Shown: one piece after another, positions 11,246 through 24,101 of the stretch
How the letters are laid out: each line of letters starts with the position of its first letter
Position numbering within the stretch: the stretch's first letter is position 1
Assembly: GCF_963921235.1 (NCBI RefSeq)
Contig: NC_086108.1
Coordinates: 97,032,001 to 97,096,000, forward strand
Origin: Mobula hypostoma
Lineage: Eukaryota
Reading direction: 5' to 3'
DNA: 64,000 nt
Program-made: the position numbers and the translations under genes
The notes under the pieces: generated by a model
What the model saw: only the letters and a program-made list of their open reading frames with translations
Database searches by the model: none
Told to the model about the DNA's origin: nothing

Positions 11246-12354
11246 AAATTATGGTACAGACTGGGCAAGATTGACAACTGGCAATGGAGGCTTGAGAGAT
11301 GAATGAGCCATGCCTGTTGAACTGTTCATGAAAGGTTCTTTGGTGTCAAAGACCCCAAACTATTGAAGTACCAGTATGCAGGACAACAGTATGACAATAA
11401 TCAATGCAAATAATTTTCACCGTCATTTTGATAAAAAGATAATTGTGGAGGTAACTATGTATGTTATTCATGGATCCTACAGCAAGTGTGATGTGAAAGG
11501 TTATATATTGTCTCTTGAGTTTTTTTGAAGCCTTGAGTGGGTCAGCTTCTGACACCTGCTGTTCCTTGGTTTTGTACTTGAATTATTTAATCAGCCTTGA
11601 CAACCAAATTAGCCAAACAATATTATGCATCATTTATAGCAACACGAGGTTTGGTTATCGATGGACAGGAACATTTATTTCTTTTGTGAATTCATAGCAG
11701 TATTCAAAGGTGTACTTGCTGTACGTGGAGAATAGGAAAAAATATACAGGTCAATGAATCAATCTGGAGAATGGCGAGGGCCGAATGTAATAAATAATAC
11801 AGTAACAACCCCAAACTAATGAGCTGTTGCCAAGGTACGTTTCACAGGCTCATCCTCTATATAAAAAGCCACTAATAATCCCTTGGCGCAATCAGATGAT
11901 AAAGCTTTGCCATAAGGCAACACCTGTGCAATTAAAACTGCAGATTCTTTTGCACGTTTCATTAATTTCAGGATTTTGTAAAGGCACAATGAGTACACTA
12001 ATAATCTAGTCTACTTGACTCCACGTCTACTGGAAACAGGGTGTCTAATTAGGTAAAGGTAATTAATTAGAGATAAATGGAGCTAATCAGACTCAGTTAA
12101 CACTCTTTCAGTTTCTGAATTAAGACATTTTAGGGCATCTCCTACCCTGTTGGTTGTGATAGTCTCCTGTTGAAAAGTGAAACGGGCAAACACAGCATTC
12201 CAGTGTGGTGTAAAGGATGAGGTGCATACATAAATAATGGCAGCATGCTTTGCATTTCTAATGATTGTTTGGTTAAGTGTACATTGTTAAATTTGTGAAG
12301 CAAAAAGCCAGTAATGAACAGAAGTAAGCAAAATGGATTGCCTCCCAGAGTCAC

Positions 12355-12980
12355 AGATAAGAACATAAGAATATAAGCCGCCTGGTGGTGTAGTGGCATC
12401 CACACCAGACGTCGAGGCGAGTGGTCCTGGGTTCAAATCCGGCCAGCTCAGTGCACACTTTCCGTCCGAACTAGCAACTCATTTTAAAAAAAAAAGCAAA
12501 AAAAATGGCAAGGTTGCTGTCCGATGCGCCTCGAGGTGCAGGAAGGAACAACAACAACAACAATATAAGACATGGGACTAGAATTAGGCCAATCGGCCCA
12601 TCAAGTTTGCTGCATCATTCCATTGTGGCTGATTTATTATTTATTATCCCTTCCACCCCATTCTCCTACCTTCTTCTCATAAACTTTGACACCCTTACTA
12701 ATCAAGGAGCTATCAACCTCTGCTTTAAATATACCCAATGACTTAGCCTCCACAGCCATCTGTGGCAATGAATTCCACAGATTCATCACCTCTGGCCAAA
12801 GAAATTCCTTCTCATCTCTGTTTAAAGGGTGTCCTTCTATTCTGAGGCTATGCTCTCTGGTCTTAGACTCCTTCATTATAGGAAACATCCTCTCCACATC
12901 CAGGCCTTGGCCTTTCAATATTCGAAGGTTTCACTGAGATCTCCCTCTATTCTTCAACACTCCAGCAAGATGAGGCCCAG
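12355..12980 (-). mobile_element. CR1 3' fragment
   Basis: LDVERMFP...SKTREHSLRIEG...MNLWNSLPQMAVEAKSL in ORF 12637-12918. Confidence 0.9.
12378..12561 (+). mobile_element. tRNA-derived SINE with (AAC)n tail
   Basis: A box TGGTGTAGTGG, B box GGTTCAAATCC, (AAC)n tail. TSD AATATAAG at 12370-12377 and 12562-12569, inside a CR1 tail. Confidence 0.8.
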
Positions 12981-13319
12981 TCTCTCAGCTAAAGGAGCAT
13001 GGCATTCACATGGCACACACAACAGGGATATGATCACCTCAGCCCTCACTACATCTCAATATTCCCTGTGTTGTATCATTCGCTTTCTTATTAAAGAGAA
13101 TTAAAAAACATGAAATACTTATTGCTCAAGGGTCAAGGGTCAAGGATCAGCTTTATACAACATAGATATTTACATGTGTTAGGAACTTGCTGCAGTGTGT
13201 TGGTGTAACATGCAACAAAAACAACATTCAACAATTACAAAGAATGATATAAAAGTAAGCTTAGAGGTTAAAATACAGATATGGAACAAAATGTGACACA
13301 TAAATACATAAATGCCATC

Positions 13320-13815
13320 TTGTGAAGGCTTTCTGTTGGTTGGGGTCGATTTTGCGTCCCAGCTGTCTATGTGATACGCAAGCCAGGGCGATATGATATG
13401 GAGAGCAAGCTGTTGTCCATGTAGCAGGCTGCTCTTCTCCATACAGCTGATGAATCCAAAGGGAAGGCAGAGACCGATACAGTTTGGCACTGGCTACAGT
13501 CAATGCCTTAGGGACTCCAGCTCTAGATTTTTTTGTCAGGCTTTAATCCCAGAGCCTTCCTTGGTGGATGTAGCTGCAAGACAGCAGAGGTTTGAGGTGA
13601 TAGTTTTCCTTCTCCTAGTGAGCTGCCGAGCATGGCTGACAAGCCCCATTTGCCGGAAGTGACTGGTTTTAATGCATCAGTAACTCATCTTTGCCCCTTC
13701 TGTTAATAGACACTGTTCTGCCAGGCTTAATAGCTAAGCCACATATTCAGGCCATGAGCTGGACTTGGTTGTCAGTGGCTTTTTGAGGCTCACGTCATTG
13801 GGAACATTTAAGAGG
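13320..13815 (-). mobile_element. Non-autonomous RTE-derived element (5'UTR-like part plus 3' part shared with SINE body type 2)
   Basis: Minus strand GGCAGCTCACTAGGAGAAGGAAAACT...CAAACCTC is RTE 5'UTR-like. 13375-13493 aligns with the SINE body at ~34020-34140. Confidence 0.6.
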
Positions 13816-15870
13816 TAGTTGTTAAGTGCCATCGAGCTGTCGTTGACTCATGGCGACTCTATGGATGAGCTTTGATCCTTGCAAAGGCGGCTGATTGTAG
13901 ATAACGTTGCATTCGTAGCTGTCCTTATTGTGTCCATCTATCTGATTGGCAGGCTTCCTCTCTTCCGTTGTCCTTCCACCTTGCGAGCATGATTTCCTTT
14001 TCCAGGGAGCTGTTGTCTTTGCATGATGTGTCCGAAGTACAATAGGCAGGGTCTTGTCATTTGAACCTCCAAAGAGAGACTTGGTTTGATCTTGTTGAGG
14101 ATCAATTTGTTAGTTCTGTGAGAGGTCCACGAGATGCATAGTATTTTTCTCCAGCACGTCGGTTCAAGGCTTCGATACGTATCCTATCCTTTATTACCGT
14201 CCAACTTTTGCATCCATATAATATCATTGCCTGCACAAGTCAAATCTTTGTATGTAGAGATAGGTTCCTGTTCTCAAGGATCTTCTCTAAATCTTTCATG
14301 GCTGCTCTGGCAAAGGTGATTCTTCATTGGATTTCTTGACTGCTTACTGTTTCAGTGTTAATCATTGATCCAAGCAAGTTGAAAATGTCAACCACTTCAA
14401 TTTCCTCTCCATTGAGATTGAAATTGGTGGTGTTGTCAGTTGTCCTAATTTTAGTCTTCTTCAAGTTCAGGTACAGACCAGTTTGACCATAAGACATAGG
14501 AGCAAAAATAGGCCATCTGGCCCACCGAGTCAGCTCCGCAATTCAGTCATGGCTGATCCTTTTTTTTATCTTCCTCCTCAACCTCAGTTTCCAGCCTTCT
14601 CCCCATAACCTTTGATGCCATATCCAGTCAAGAACCTATCAATCTCTGCCTTAAGTACACCCAATGACCTGGCCTCCACAGCTGCATGTGGCAACAAATT
14701 CCACAAATTCACCACCCTTTGGCTAAAGAAATTTCTCTGCATCTCTGTGTTCAAAAGGACGCCCCTCTATCCTGAGGCTGTACCCTCTTGTTCTAGACTC
14801 TCCCACCATGGGAAGCATCCTTTCCACATCTACTCTGTCTAGGCTTTTCAACATTTGAAAGGTTTCAATGAGATCCCCCCTTGTCTTTCTGAATTCCAGC
14901 GAGTACAGACCCAGAGCCATCAAACGTTCCTTATAACCTTTCATTCCTGGAATCATCCTTGTGAACCTCCTCTGGACCCTCTCCAATGCCAGCATTTCTT
15001 TCTAAGATGAGGGGCCCAAAACTGTTCACGATACTCAAGGTGAGGCCTCACCAGTGCCTTATAAAGCCTCAGCATCACATCCTTGCTCTTATATTCTATG
15101 CCTCTTGAAATGAATGCTAACATGGCATCTGCCTTCCTCACCACCGACTTGACCTGCAGTTAACCTCTAGGGTGTTCTGCACAAGGACTTCCAAGTCCCT
15201 TTGCATCTCAGATTTTTGGATTTTCTCCCCGTTTAGAAAATAGTCCACACATTTCTTTCTACTACCAAAGTGCATGACCATGCATTTTCCAACACTGTAT
15301 TTCATTTGCCACTTTCTTGCCCATTCTCCTAATCTGTCTAAGTAGAGGCTATGTTCCTTGATGTTGGTTAGCAGGTGCTTTAGGTCTTCTTCGTTTTCAG
15401 ACAGTATTGTCATGTCATCAGCATAATGAGGTTATTCATGAATCTGCCACCAATTCTCACCCCTCGATTCTCCTTGTATACTCCTGCTTCTCTGCAGATT
15501 TGTTCAGCATACAAATTAAACATGCGGGGGGAGAGAATCCAGCCTTTATGGATGCTGATCCATTCTGCTTCTCCTAGTTCCATTCGATTTGCCGCTTCTT
15601 GATTGATGTAAAGATTGTGCATAAGGACAATCATATGTTCCGGTACAGCCATATTTTGTCAGGACCAATGCAGTTGAAGGCTTCGCTGTAGTCAATAAAG
15701 CACACATAGATGTCCTTCTGGTATTAAGAATCCATCTCAATTCTACAATGATGTATCTTGTTCCCCTTCTTTAAGGCTGAAGTCTTTTCTGCATGATCTT
15801 CAGTAAAACCCTGCTGGCATGAGGAATGAGGGCGATTGCACGATATTTTTCACACTTTTTGTAATTTTTG
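13816..15870 (-). mobile_element. RTE-clade LINE, 5'-truncated, split by a CR1
   Basis: YRAIALIPHASRVLLKIMQKRL, ILSPRMFNLYAEQICREAG, GVRIGGRFMNNL, GLYLNLKKTKI and YFGHIM motifs. 3' end CCATAGAGTCGCCATGAGTCAACGAC...TAACAAC. Confidence 0.9.
14484..15341 (-). mobile_element. CR1 3' fragment nested in the RTE
   Basis: [27 protein letters not shown] and ERVQRRFTRMIPGM motifs. Confidence 0.95.
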
Positions 15871-15968
15871 GAATAACGAGCAACGCAGCAGTCTGTAGCA
15901 TCATAACGACTGTTAGTTGGTCTCCCCTTTTGCTGTGAGATGGGTGACATCTCTCTGTCTCTTGTTAG

Positions 15969-15994
15969 TGAGAGAGAGAGAGAGAGAGAGAGAG
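15969..15994. repeat. (GA)n microsatellite
   Basis: Direct observation. Confidence 0.9.
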
Positions 15995-16494
15995 CGCACC
16001 TGTGGCGTGTTGAACTTGGGTAAACAATAGCTTTTGTTGACTGCAGATCATGGTCTCCCTTTAGATGCTTTGCTATTGAGTAGTGCTTTGCTGATGCTTT
16101 TTGCTGAAATGGGTGGGGGGGAGGAGAGGTTGATGTTCGCAACTGCTTGTGCGGGGAGTGGGGAGAGGGGACTTTGGGGTTCCAACTTTTTTCTGTCATT
16201 CGTTCTTCAGAAGTTCTTCTGTTTTTTGCGGGTGTCTACGAAGATTGAGTATTTCAGGTAGTATACATTCTCTGATAATAAATGGAACTATCTGAACCAT
16301 TTGAATGGTCTTGTCTGCATTTTTGTAGCCCACGACCCAACTGAGATATTGCTGCCCCACTTTATGTACCTTCAGACAGAGTCGGGTTTTGCCTGAGCTA
16401 TGACGATGTCATAACATCCTCTTTATTGATCACAGCACTTGAAGTTGGACTTTAACGATATATGATTGGCTGTGGTCGTTAATCCATAATGAAA

Positions 16495-19400
16495 ATGGCA
16501 GAAGCAGACCAAATGAGAAAGAACTGCAGACAGTAGAGTGTGAAATATCTGAGATAAGGATTTACAGTATACCAGCTCCAAGCAACCAACAGCAATCAAT
16601 GTGTCTGTTGTGTGAAAAAGTTTTTTCAAATGAGGCATTGAAACCATCCAGGATCCTTGAACATTTGAAGAGAATACACCCTGATAAAGCAAACAAGAAC
16701 TTGGCTTATTTTCAACCACTTTGTGAAAACCTACAGAAATGTAAGGTTCAGTTTCTCAGCATTCAGGATTAGGTAGTAAATTGGATTAGACATTGGCTTT
16801 GTAGGAGAGGCCAGAGAATGGTAGTAGATGGTTGCCTCTCTGACTAGAGGCCCATAACTAGAGGATTGTCACAGGGGTCAGTGTTGGGTTCACTGTTGTT
16901 TGTCATCTTTATCAGCGATCTGGATGATAATGTGGTTGACTGGATCACCAAATTTGTGGATGACACCAAGAATGGGGGAGTAGTGGACAGTGAGGAAGGC
17001 CATCATGGCTTGCAGTGGGATCTGGACCAGCTGGAAAAATGGGCTGAAAAATGGCAGATGGAATTTAATGCAGGTAAGTGCTAAGTGTTGTAGTTTGGGC
17101 GGACCAACCGGGTAGATCTTACACAGTGAATTGTAGGGCACTGAGGAGTGCTGTAGAACAAAGGGATCTGGGAATAGATGTCCATAATTCATTGAAAGTG
17201 GTGTCACAGGCAGATAGGGTTGTAAAGCAATCTTTTGACACATTGGCCTTTATAAGTCAAAGATTTGAGAACAGGAGATGGGATGTTGTATTGAAGTTGT
17301 ATAAGACATTGGTGAGGTCTAATTTGGAGTATTGTGTGCAGTTTTGATCACTCTACCTACAGGAGAGATGTAAATAAAGTTGAAAAATTACAGAGAAAAC
17401 TTACAAGGATGTTGTTGGGTCTGGAGGACCCGAGTTATAAAGAAAGATTGAATAGGTTAGGACTTTATTCCTTGGAACACAGAAGATTGAGAGGAGATTT
17501 GATAGAGGTATACAAAATTATGAGGGGTATAGAGGTGTACAAAATTATAAATTATAGGTTAAATGTAAGCAGGCTTTTTCCATGGAGGGTGGGCGTCCCT
17601 ATAAGCAGAGCCCTTGGGTTAAGGGTTAAAGGTGAAAGGTAAAAAGTTTAAGGGGACATGAGGTGAACCTCTGCACTCAGATGGCCATGAGAGTGTGGAA
17701 TGAGCTGCTAGCACAAGTGGTGCATGTGAGCTTAATTTCAAAGATTAAGAGAAGTTTGGATAGGTACATGGATGCTGGAGCTATGGAAGTCAATGGGAGT
17801 AGGCAGTTTAAATGGTTTGGCATAGATAGATGGGCCAAAGGGCTTCTTTTTGTGCTATACTTTTCTATGATTCTATTACTCAATGATTTCAAAACATGTT
17901 TGCCTGAACTTCCCAACAAAACAGCGATGGTTGCGTGCTTCATACATTTCACTGCTCATTGCTAAATTGTGAAAACCCCTTACAATTGGAGAAGAATTGC
18001 TTCTGCCAGCAGTAAGGAAGGTTCTGAGAATGGGTTTGCGTAAGTCACCAGACCAAATAATGAAAGCGATTCCGCTCAGCAGCAGTTCTGTTCAAAAACG
18101 AATAGGTGCAATGTCTGAGAATTTAGGAAGACACATTGTGCACAGAATTTGCTCTGCAGTTGGACGAGTCGACCTTGCTAGGTAATGAATATTTGCTTCC
18201 TGGTCATGTTTGCTTCAGAAAAGATGAAAGCATGGTTCAGGATTGTAATTTGTGATGGGACTAGAAACCGATATGAAGCAGGAGTCAATATTTCGGGTTG
18301 TTGAGCAATTTTTCAAAGAGAAGGACAGTCTGTTCTCCAGCATTCTTGTTTGTGCAACAGGTGGGGCACCATCAGTGACAGGACACCACCATGGGGATAT
18401 GACTTTCTTGAAAGAAGTTGTACCTAACTTGATTTACCATTTACAGATAACATCTTGTTGCAAAAATATCCAAGTGATTGGCTGCACAAATCATTAAGTA
18501 CTGTTATCATAGTGGTAAATAGAATCACGTCCCATGCTCTCAATTCTCAGCTATTTTGAGAGCTTTGTATTGAAAATGATGAACGGTTTGATTGCTTGCT
18601 GTTGCACACAGAAGGCAGATCTCTCTCAAAAGAAAACTGCCTGAGACACTTTTCTGTTGTTTTCAAAAATGTGATAGAATTCTTTGAAGACTCAAATGCT
18701 TCATTCAGTATTCAACTCAGGAATATCTGGCATGACGTTGCTTATTTACCAGAATTATTCACAAAGTTTAATGAAATCAGTCTTCAATTGCAGGGAAATT
18801 ATATGAATTTTATTAAAGTCAAATCAGTCGTCTCCATATTTCTGTTCAAGTTAACCCCATTTATGTGCAACATTGGCCATTGTGAACTTTTCCAGTCTCT
18901 GAGTGGGAAGAGAAAGAGAGAGTACCAGGACTTCACGTTTACTGCATAAAGACATGTCAGAAAGATTTCAGGATCTTCTCTTGATCCAAATTCCAGATTG
19001 GGTAATAAATCCATTCCTGAATCACTTGTAATGAGGAATTAACAGGAAGGGTGGGTGAAGAACTGATCTTTCTACAAAATGATTTTGAGCTGAAACTGAG
19101 CTTCAAAAAATCATATCAAGACTTTTGGATGCAGAAAGAAATCTCTGAACGCAATTCTGCACTGTGCAAAAAGGTCAATGTGTTCTTTATTGCCCTTCCA
19201 ACGTCATGTTTAGTGGAGCACAGTTTCAGCGTAGTCCCCCAACTTCTTTCAAAGCAACGAAACAGACTGTAAGTTACTGAGAGTGTTATCTGAGACTCCT
19301 GAGTGACGTTCAGCCTGATGTTGAGAAGCTGATATCACTGCACCAAGCCCATCCATCTCACTGAAATATGAAAAAGCAATGAATGATTGGACTACTAATG

Positions 19401-19650
19401 TACACTCTAAAATTGTTGATGAAAATTGCCTTTATTGTAATTAAATAAATAAATTTATTTGTAGCTTTAAATAGACTTGAATTAATTTTGCAATTATTTG
19501 TCACTGCTTTGTATTTATAGTTCCTATTTTCTTTTACTGTGCATCTTAAATCAAAATTCTTTATAGTTTTTATGTAATGGCCAGAAAAGGAAAGGGGATG
19601 TGATGTGGGAGCCAAGGGGGTGGTAACCCAAAAAGGTTTGGGAACCAGTG
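16495..19650 (+). mobile_element. hAT (Charlie/Buster-type) DNA transposon, transposase pseudogene with right TIR
   Basis: BED finger CLLCEKVFSNEALKPSRILEHLKRIH (~16600-16680); TIGEELLLPA, IPLSSSSVQKRI, FALQLDEST, CATGGAPS, LLHTEGRSLS, LPTSCLVEHSFS; C-terminus HQAHPSH* at 19364. Right TIR (rc CACTGGTTCCCAAACCTTT) ends 19650, followed by GTTTAGAT. Many stops and frameshifts. Confidence 0.9.
16743..17876 (+). mobile_element. CR1 3' half nested in the hAT transposase
   Basis: QGSVLGSLLFVIFISDL, KFVDD, KWAEKWQMEFN and LYKTLVRSNLEYCVQF motifs. Confidence 0.95.
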
Positions 19651-19879
19651 GTTTAGATGATACCTTTTCTTCGCGTGAGTTTGTTTATTCCAATGACATT
19701 CCCTGGCCTGGAAATGATGAGGGGGTCTAAGGATTCCTTTGAAACATGAAATGCCTATTGGCTAATTTAACTCGATGTGTACAATTAATTTTAATTTGTT
19801 GTTTACTGAACACTGTCTCGGCCTGCCTCATATGTTGCTACCACTAGATATCCCAAATTCCACTGTCTAGAAAGAAAGA

Positions 19880-20300
19880 GTCGTAGAACGCTACAGCGCA
19901 AACACAGGCCCTTCGGCCCTTCTAATCCATGCCAAACTGTTATTCTGTCTGGTCCCATTGACCTGTACCCGGACCATAGCTCTCCATATCCCTCCCAACC
20001 ATGTACTTATTTAATTACTTGGGTCCTTCCACTGTACAGGGGATTGGCCTACACAATTTCACTAGAGCCTTGTTGGTCAGCCTTACTTGTTTCCAGCTCT
20101 CACAATGAGGACGTAAGGGCTGGACTTTGAGAGGCCTTCCTTCCATGTACTTATCCAAATTTCTCTTTAATGTTGAAATTGAACCCATATCCACCACTTC
20201 TGCTGGCAGCTCTCACCATTTTCTGAGTTCCCCCTCATGTTCTCCTTAAACATTTCACCTTTCACCCTTAACCAATGACCTCTACTTCTAGTCTCACCCA
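19880..20300 (-). mobile_element. CR1 3' fragment(s)
   Basis: VDMGSISTLKRNLDKYM and CR1 3' UTR. Confidence 0.75.
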
Positions 20301-20384
20301 ATGGTTATTCTAAGTTCTGCTGCTCGTGTCCTTGCACATCAAATCCTACTCGGCCATCAACCAAAGCTTAATGACTGAAAATAA

Positions 20385-21040
20385 GTTTAAAGTAAATTTA
20401 TCATCAAAGTATGTATATGTTATTATATGCTACCTTGAAATTTATTTTTTTGGAGGCATTTACAGAAAAAAAAACTAAATGCAATAGATTTCCACAGAAG
20501 TAAACTATATATAAGCAAAGATTAACAAATGATCAACATGCAAAAGAAGGTAAATAGTGCAAATAAAAAACTAATACCAAGAATGAGAGTTGTAAGGAAT
20601 ACTTGAAAATGAATCTGTAGGATGTAGAATCAGTTCAGAGTAGTGGTGATTGAAGTTATCCAGGTTGTTGTAGGATACTAACTATTCCTGAACCTGGTGG
20701 TGTGGGACCTAAGGCTTCTGTACCTTCTGCCCAATAATAGTATGAGAAGACAGCTTGACCCTGGATGTTGGAGGTTTTTGATGATTGAAGCTGCTTTCTG
20801 TGGCAAATGTGCTCAATGGTGAGGAGGGCTTTGCCTGTGATGGTCTGGGCTGTATTCACCACTTTTTGTAGCTTTTTCTGTTTCTGAGCATTGGCGTTTC
20901 CATACCAGGCCATGATGCAACCAGTTAGGATACTCTCCTCTGTGCATCTCGAGAAGTACGTCAGAGTTTTTGGAAACGTGCTGAATCTATGCATACAGCC
21001 AAAAAAGTAGAGGCACTGCTGTGCCCTCTTCATGATGACA
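20385..21040 (-). mobile_element. Rex1/Babar 3' fragment
   Basis: AQQCLYFF...CTEESILTGCIMAWYGN...LQKVVNTAQTITG in ORF 20656-21033. Confidence 0.9.
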
Positions 21041-21224
21041 CTCTAGTGCAGTAATTATTTTACAGATATCCTTGCATGCTATCACCGGTTCTGTTTATCT
21101 TTTTCAACCCTGTATTTCCAACCTAATGAACATCACCCACTGAGTCAGCCCAGCTGCCAAGTTTCTGAGCTCTGATTTGCCCCATTAACCTTCTGAACCT
21201 ACTTAAGTGCTTAAGGTACTTGAA

Positions 21225-21445
21225 GATAGAGTTATAGAATCATAGAACACCATGTCACAGAACCAGGCCCTTCGGCCCATTTACATAGTCTGTGCTCAAC
21301 TATTAAACTGCCTAGTCCCATTGACCTGCGCCTAAACCATACCCTTCCCATCCATGTACCTATCCAAATTTATCTTAAATGTTGAAATCAAACTTGCATC
21401 CGCTGCTTTCACTGGCAGCTTGTTCCACACACTCACCACTCTATT
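21225..21445 (-). mobile_element. CR1 3' end
   Basis: Same 3' UTR as 19880; ATAGAGTT/ATAGAATC-type tail in reverse complement. Confidence 0.75.
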
Positions 21446-21706
21446 GAAACTTGGTTAAGTAAGTTAGGTGAAGATTAATTTGTTATTTTGCTTAATATTA
21501 ATGTTTTAATTAAGGATCAAAGATCAAGGATCAACTTTATTTTGCCCTATTCCTATACATCCAATAGGAATTTGCTGTGTTGTGCTGGCGGAGACATGCA
21601 ACAAAAAATCAACAATTATAAAGCATAAATAATAATATAATAAATAATCATATAAAATAATGTTGAAAGTGCAGATATAGAATAAAATATGCATAAATAC
21701 ATACGT

Positions 21707-22004
21707 GTGGACATGTGGCCAAGTGGTTAAGGCACTCGACTAGCGACCGTGAGTTCGAGCCCTAGATGAGACAGTGTGTTGTGTCCTTGAGCAAGGCACT
21801 TAACCACACAGTGCTCTGAGACGACACTGGTGCCAAGCTGTATCGGCCCTTGCCCTTCCCTTGGACAACATCGGTGTTGTGGAGAGGGGAGACTTGCAGC
21901 ATGGGCAACTGCCTGTCTTCCATACAACCTTGCCCAGGCCTGCGCACTGGAGAGTGAAGGCTTCCCAGGCGCAGATCCATGGTCTCGCAAGACTAACGGA
22001 TGCC
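21707..22004 (+). mobile_element. tRNA+CORE-like SINE, body type 2 (RTE-like tail)
   Basis: A and B boxes, CORE-like GTGTCCTTGAGCAAGGCACTTAACC, 3' end CCATGGTCTCGCAAGACTAACGGATGCC. Imperfect TSD CATAAATACATAC / CATAAAATACGTAC. Confidence 0.85.
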
Positions 22005-22339
22005 ATAAAATACGTACATACCAGCATGTCTTTACCATGTAAATAGCATGATAAAAAGTGATTTACAGTGCAGTGACTGACGTAATAGAGAGGGGTGGAA
22101 AGTGCGACTAGAATGGTTGATCTGATTATCGGCCTGAGGAAGAAATATTTAAGATGGCATGAGGTTATATTAATTCAATGTACTTTAAAGGAAATGTCTT
22201 TGAGAAACCATTTAAAAACATCAGAGGCATTTAAAAGAACTTCACTGACTTTGGACAGGGGTAGGTTACTGCACTCCTCTGCTCGAAGGAGGGTAATGAG
22301 GCCTGGAGCTTGATTTAAACTGGGAGGCTGCAAATAAGT

Positions 22340-22890
22340 TAGGGTGTGAATATAGGAGTTGGGATGTTATGTTGAAGTCGTATAAGATGTTGGTGAAGCC
22401 AAATTGGAAGCATTGTGGGCAGTTCCAGTCACCTACCAATAGGAAAGATATTAAGATTGAAAGAATGCAGAGAACATTTACAAGGACGTTGCCAGGATTT
22501 GAGGACCTGATTTACAGGGAAAGGTTGACTGGATTAGGACTTTGGTATTCTCTGGAGCACGTGGCCAAGTGGTTAAGGCATTGGACTAGCGACCTGAAGG
22601 TCGTGAGTTTGAACTCAAGCCGAGGCAACGTGTTGTGTCCTTGAGTAAGGCACTTAATCACACATTGCTCTGCGACGACACTGGTGCCAAGCTGTATGGG
22701 TCCTAATGCCCTTCCCTTGGACAACATTGGTGTTGTGGAGAGGGGAGACTTGCAGCATAGACAACTGCTGGTCTTCCATACAACCTTGCCCAGGCCTGCG
22801 CCCTGGAGAGTGAAGACTTTCCAGGCGTAGATCCATGGTCTCGCAAGACTAACGGATGCCGACTCTATTCCCTGGAGCATAGGAGAATGC
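22340..22890 (+). mobile_element. CR1 fragment split by a SINE
   Basis: YKMLVKPNWKHCGQF...ERMQRTFTRTLPG in ORF 22369-22644. Confidence 0.8.
22557..22860 (+). mobile_element. tRNA+CORE-like SINE, body type 2
   Basis: Colinear with 21707-22004. TSD TATTCYCTGGAGCA at 22546-22559 and 22866-22879. Confidence 0.88.
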
Positions 22891-22939
22891 ATTCTATAAA
22901 TCATTGGGATTCCCTGCAGCGAGTCCCAGCCAACGAGGT

Positions 22940-23175
22940 AAAGGAAAGCAGCATTAAAAATGGCAGATAGGGTGTGTGCAATAGATCTCTGTTAGACTCC
23001 TGTCTTAGCAGTGAAGGGTCCTGATTTAGAGCGGCTGTTGCTGAGTACTGTGGCTGACCTGCCATCGTGCAGTATCCTCAGTGTTTGTAGAAACTGATCA
23101 GGGCTGCCATGTCTTGATGGTATACACCAGAGAGCTTGGCTGTCTACTGTATCAAATGCCTGAGTCAAATGGACC
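22940..23175 (-). mobile_element. Old RTE-clade RT fragment
   Basis: VHLTQAFDTVDSQALW...GSPDQFLQTLRILHDG...GPFTAKTGV (degenerate DLTKAFDTV...TGVKQG). Confidence 0.75.
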
Positions 23176-23224
23176 CACCAATAGGGGTTCTCAACCTTTT
23201 TTATGCCATGGACTCGCACAATAT

Positions 23225-23785
23225 TCTTGTAGCTAGATAAGACCTTGATCAGACCCTACTTGGAGTACTGTGTTCAGTTCTGCTCACCTCACTACAGGAA
23301 GGATGTGGATACTACAGAGAGAGTGCAGAGCAGATTTACAAGGATATTGCCTGGATCGGAGAGAGTGCCTTATGAGAATAGGTTGAGTGAACTTGGCCTT
23401 TTCTCCTTGGAGTGAGGAAGGATGAGAGGTGACCTGATAGAGGTGTATAAGATAATGAGGGGCATTGATCATGTGGATACCTAGAGGCTTTTTCCCAGGG
23501 CTGAAATGGGTAACGCGAGGGGGCATAGTTTTAAGGTGCTTGGAAAAAGGTACAAGGGCAATGTCAGAGGTAAGTTTTTCACACAGAGGGTCTTGGGTGC
23601 GTGGAATGCACTGCAGCAGCAGTGGTGCAGGCGGATACAATAGGGTCTTTTAAGAGCCTCTCGGATAGTTACATGGGGCTTAGAAAAATAGAGGGCTACA
23701 TGCTAGGGAAATTCTAGGCAGTTTCTGGTTGGCACAACATTGTGGGCTGAAGGGCCTGTAATGTGCTGTCGATTTGTATGTTCTA
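23225..23785 (+). mobile_element. CR1 3' fragment
   Basis: KTLIRPYLEYCVQF...RMRGDLIEVYKIMRGID read directly in the DNA; CR1 3' UTR. Confidence 0.9.
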
Positions 23786-24101
23786 AGTCTACTACTACTA
23801 ATATATGTATTTGAAAAGTAAATTTACTTTGAACCTTTCCATATGTATGCTCTTTGTTGGTGTAACTCACTGTCTAAAGTGAAAACTTGTAAAATTGTCT
23901 CTGATGAGGATAATTCTTGAGGAATGGCACGGCTGCACCAGAGTGGTAACACCACTTCTTTTTGCTGTTTGGTTTAAGTGAAATATTTTGACCCTCTTGC
24001 TCAGTATTGTGCCAGCATATATCAGCATGTTGCAGGATGTATCATAGTTAATGTCTGTAAACCAGAAAACATTTGGGATGCATCCTAAAGTGTACCTAAT
24101 A

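Noticed and set aside
21707..21785. tRNA genes at the SINE heads (also 11165-11245, 12378, 22557, 34190-34271, 59122)
   Set aside because: A and B boxes are present, but each continues into a SINE body and is TSD-flanked; these are tRNA-derived heads.
23180..23225. hAT-like TIR (AGGGGTTCTCAACCTTTTTTATGCCATGGAC)
   Set aside because: Only one end visible; too short to define an element.
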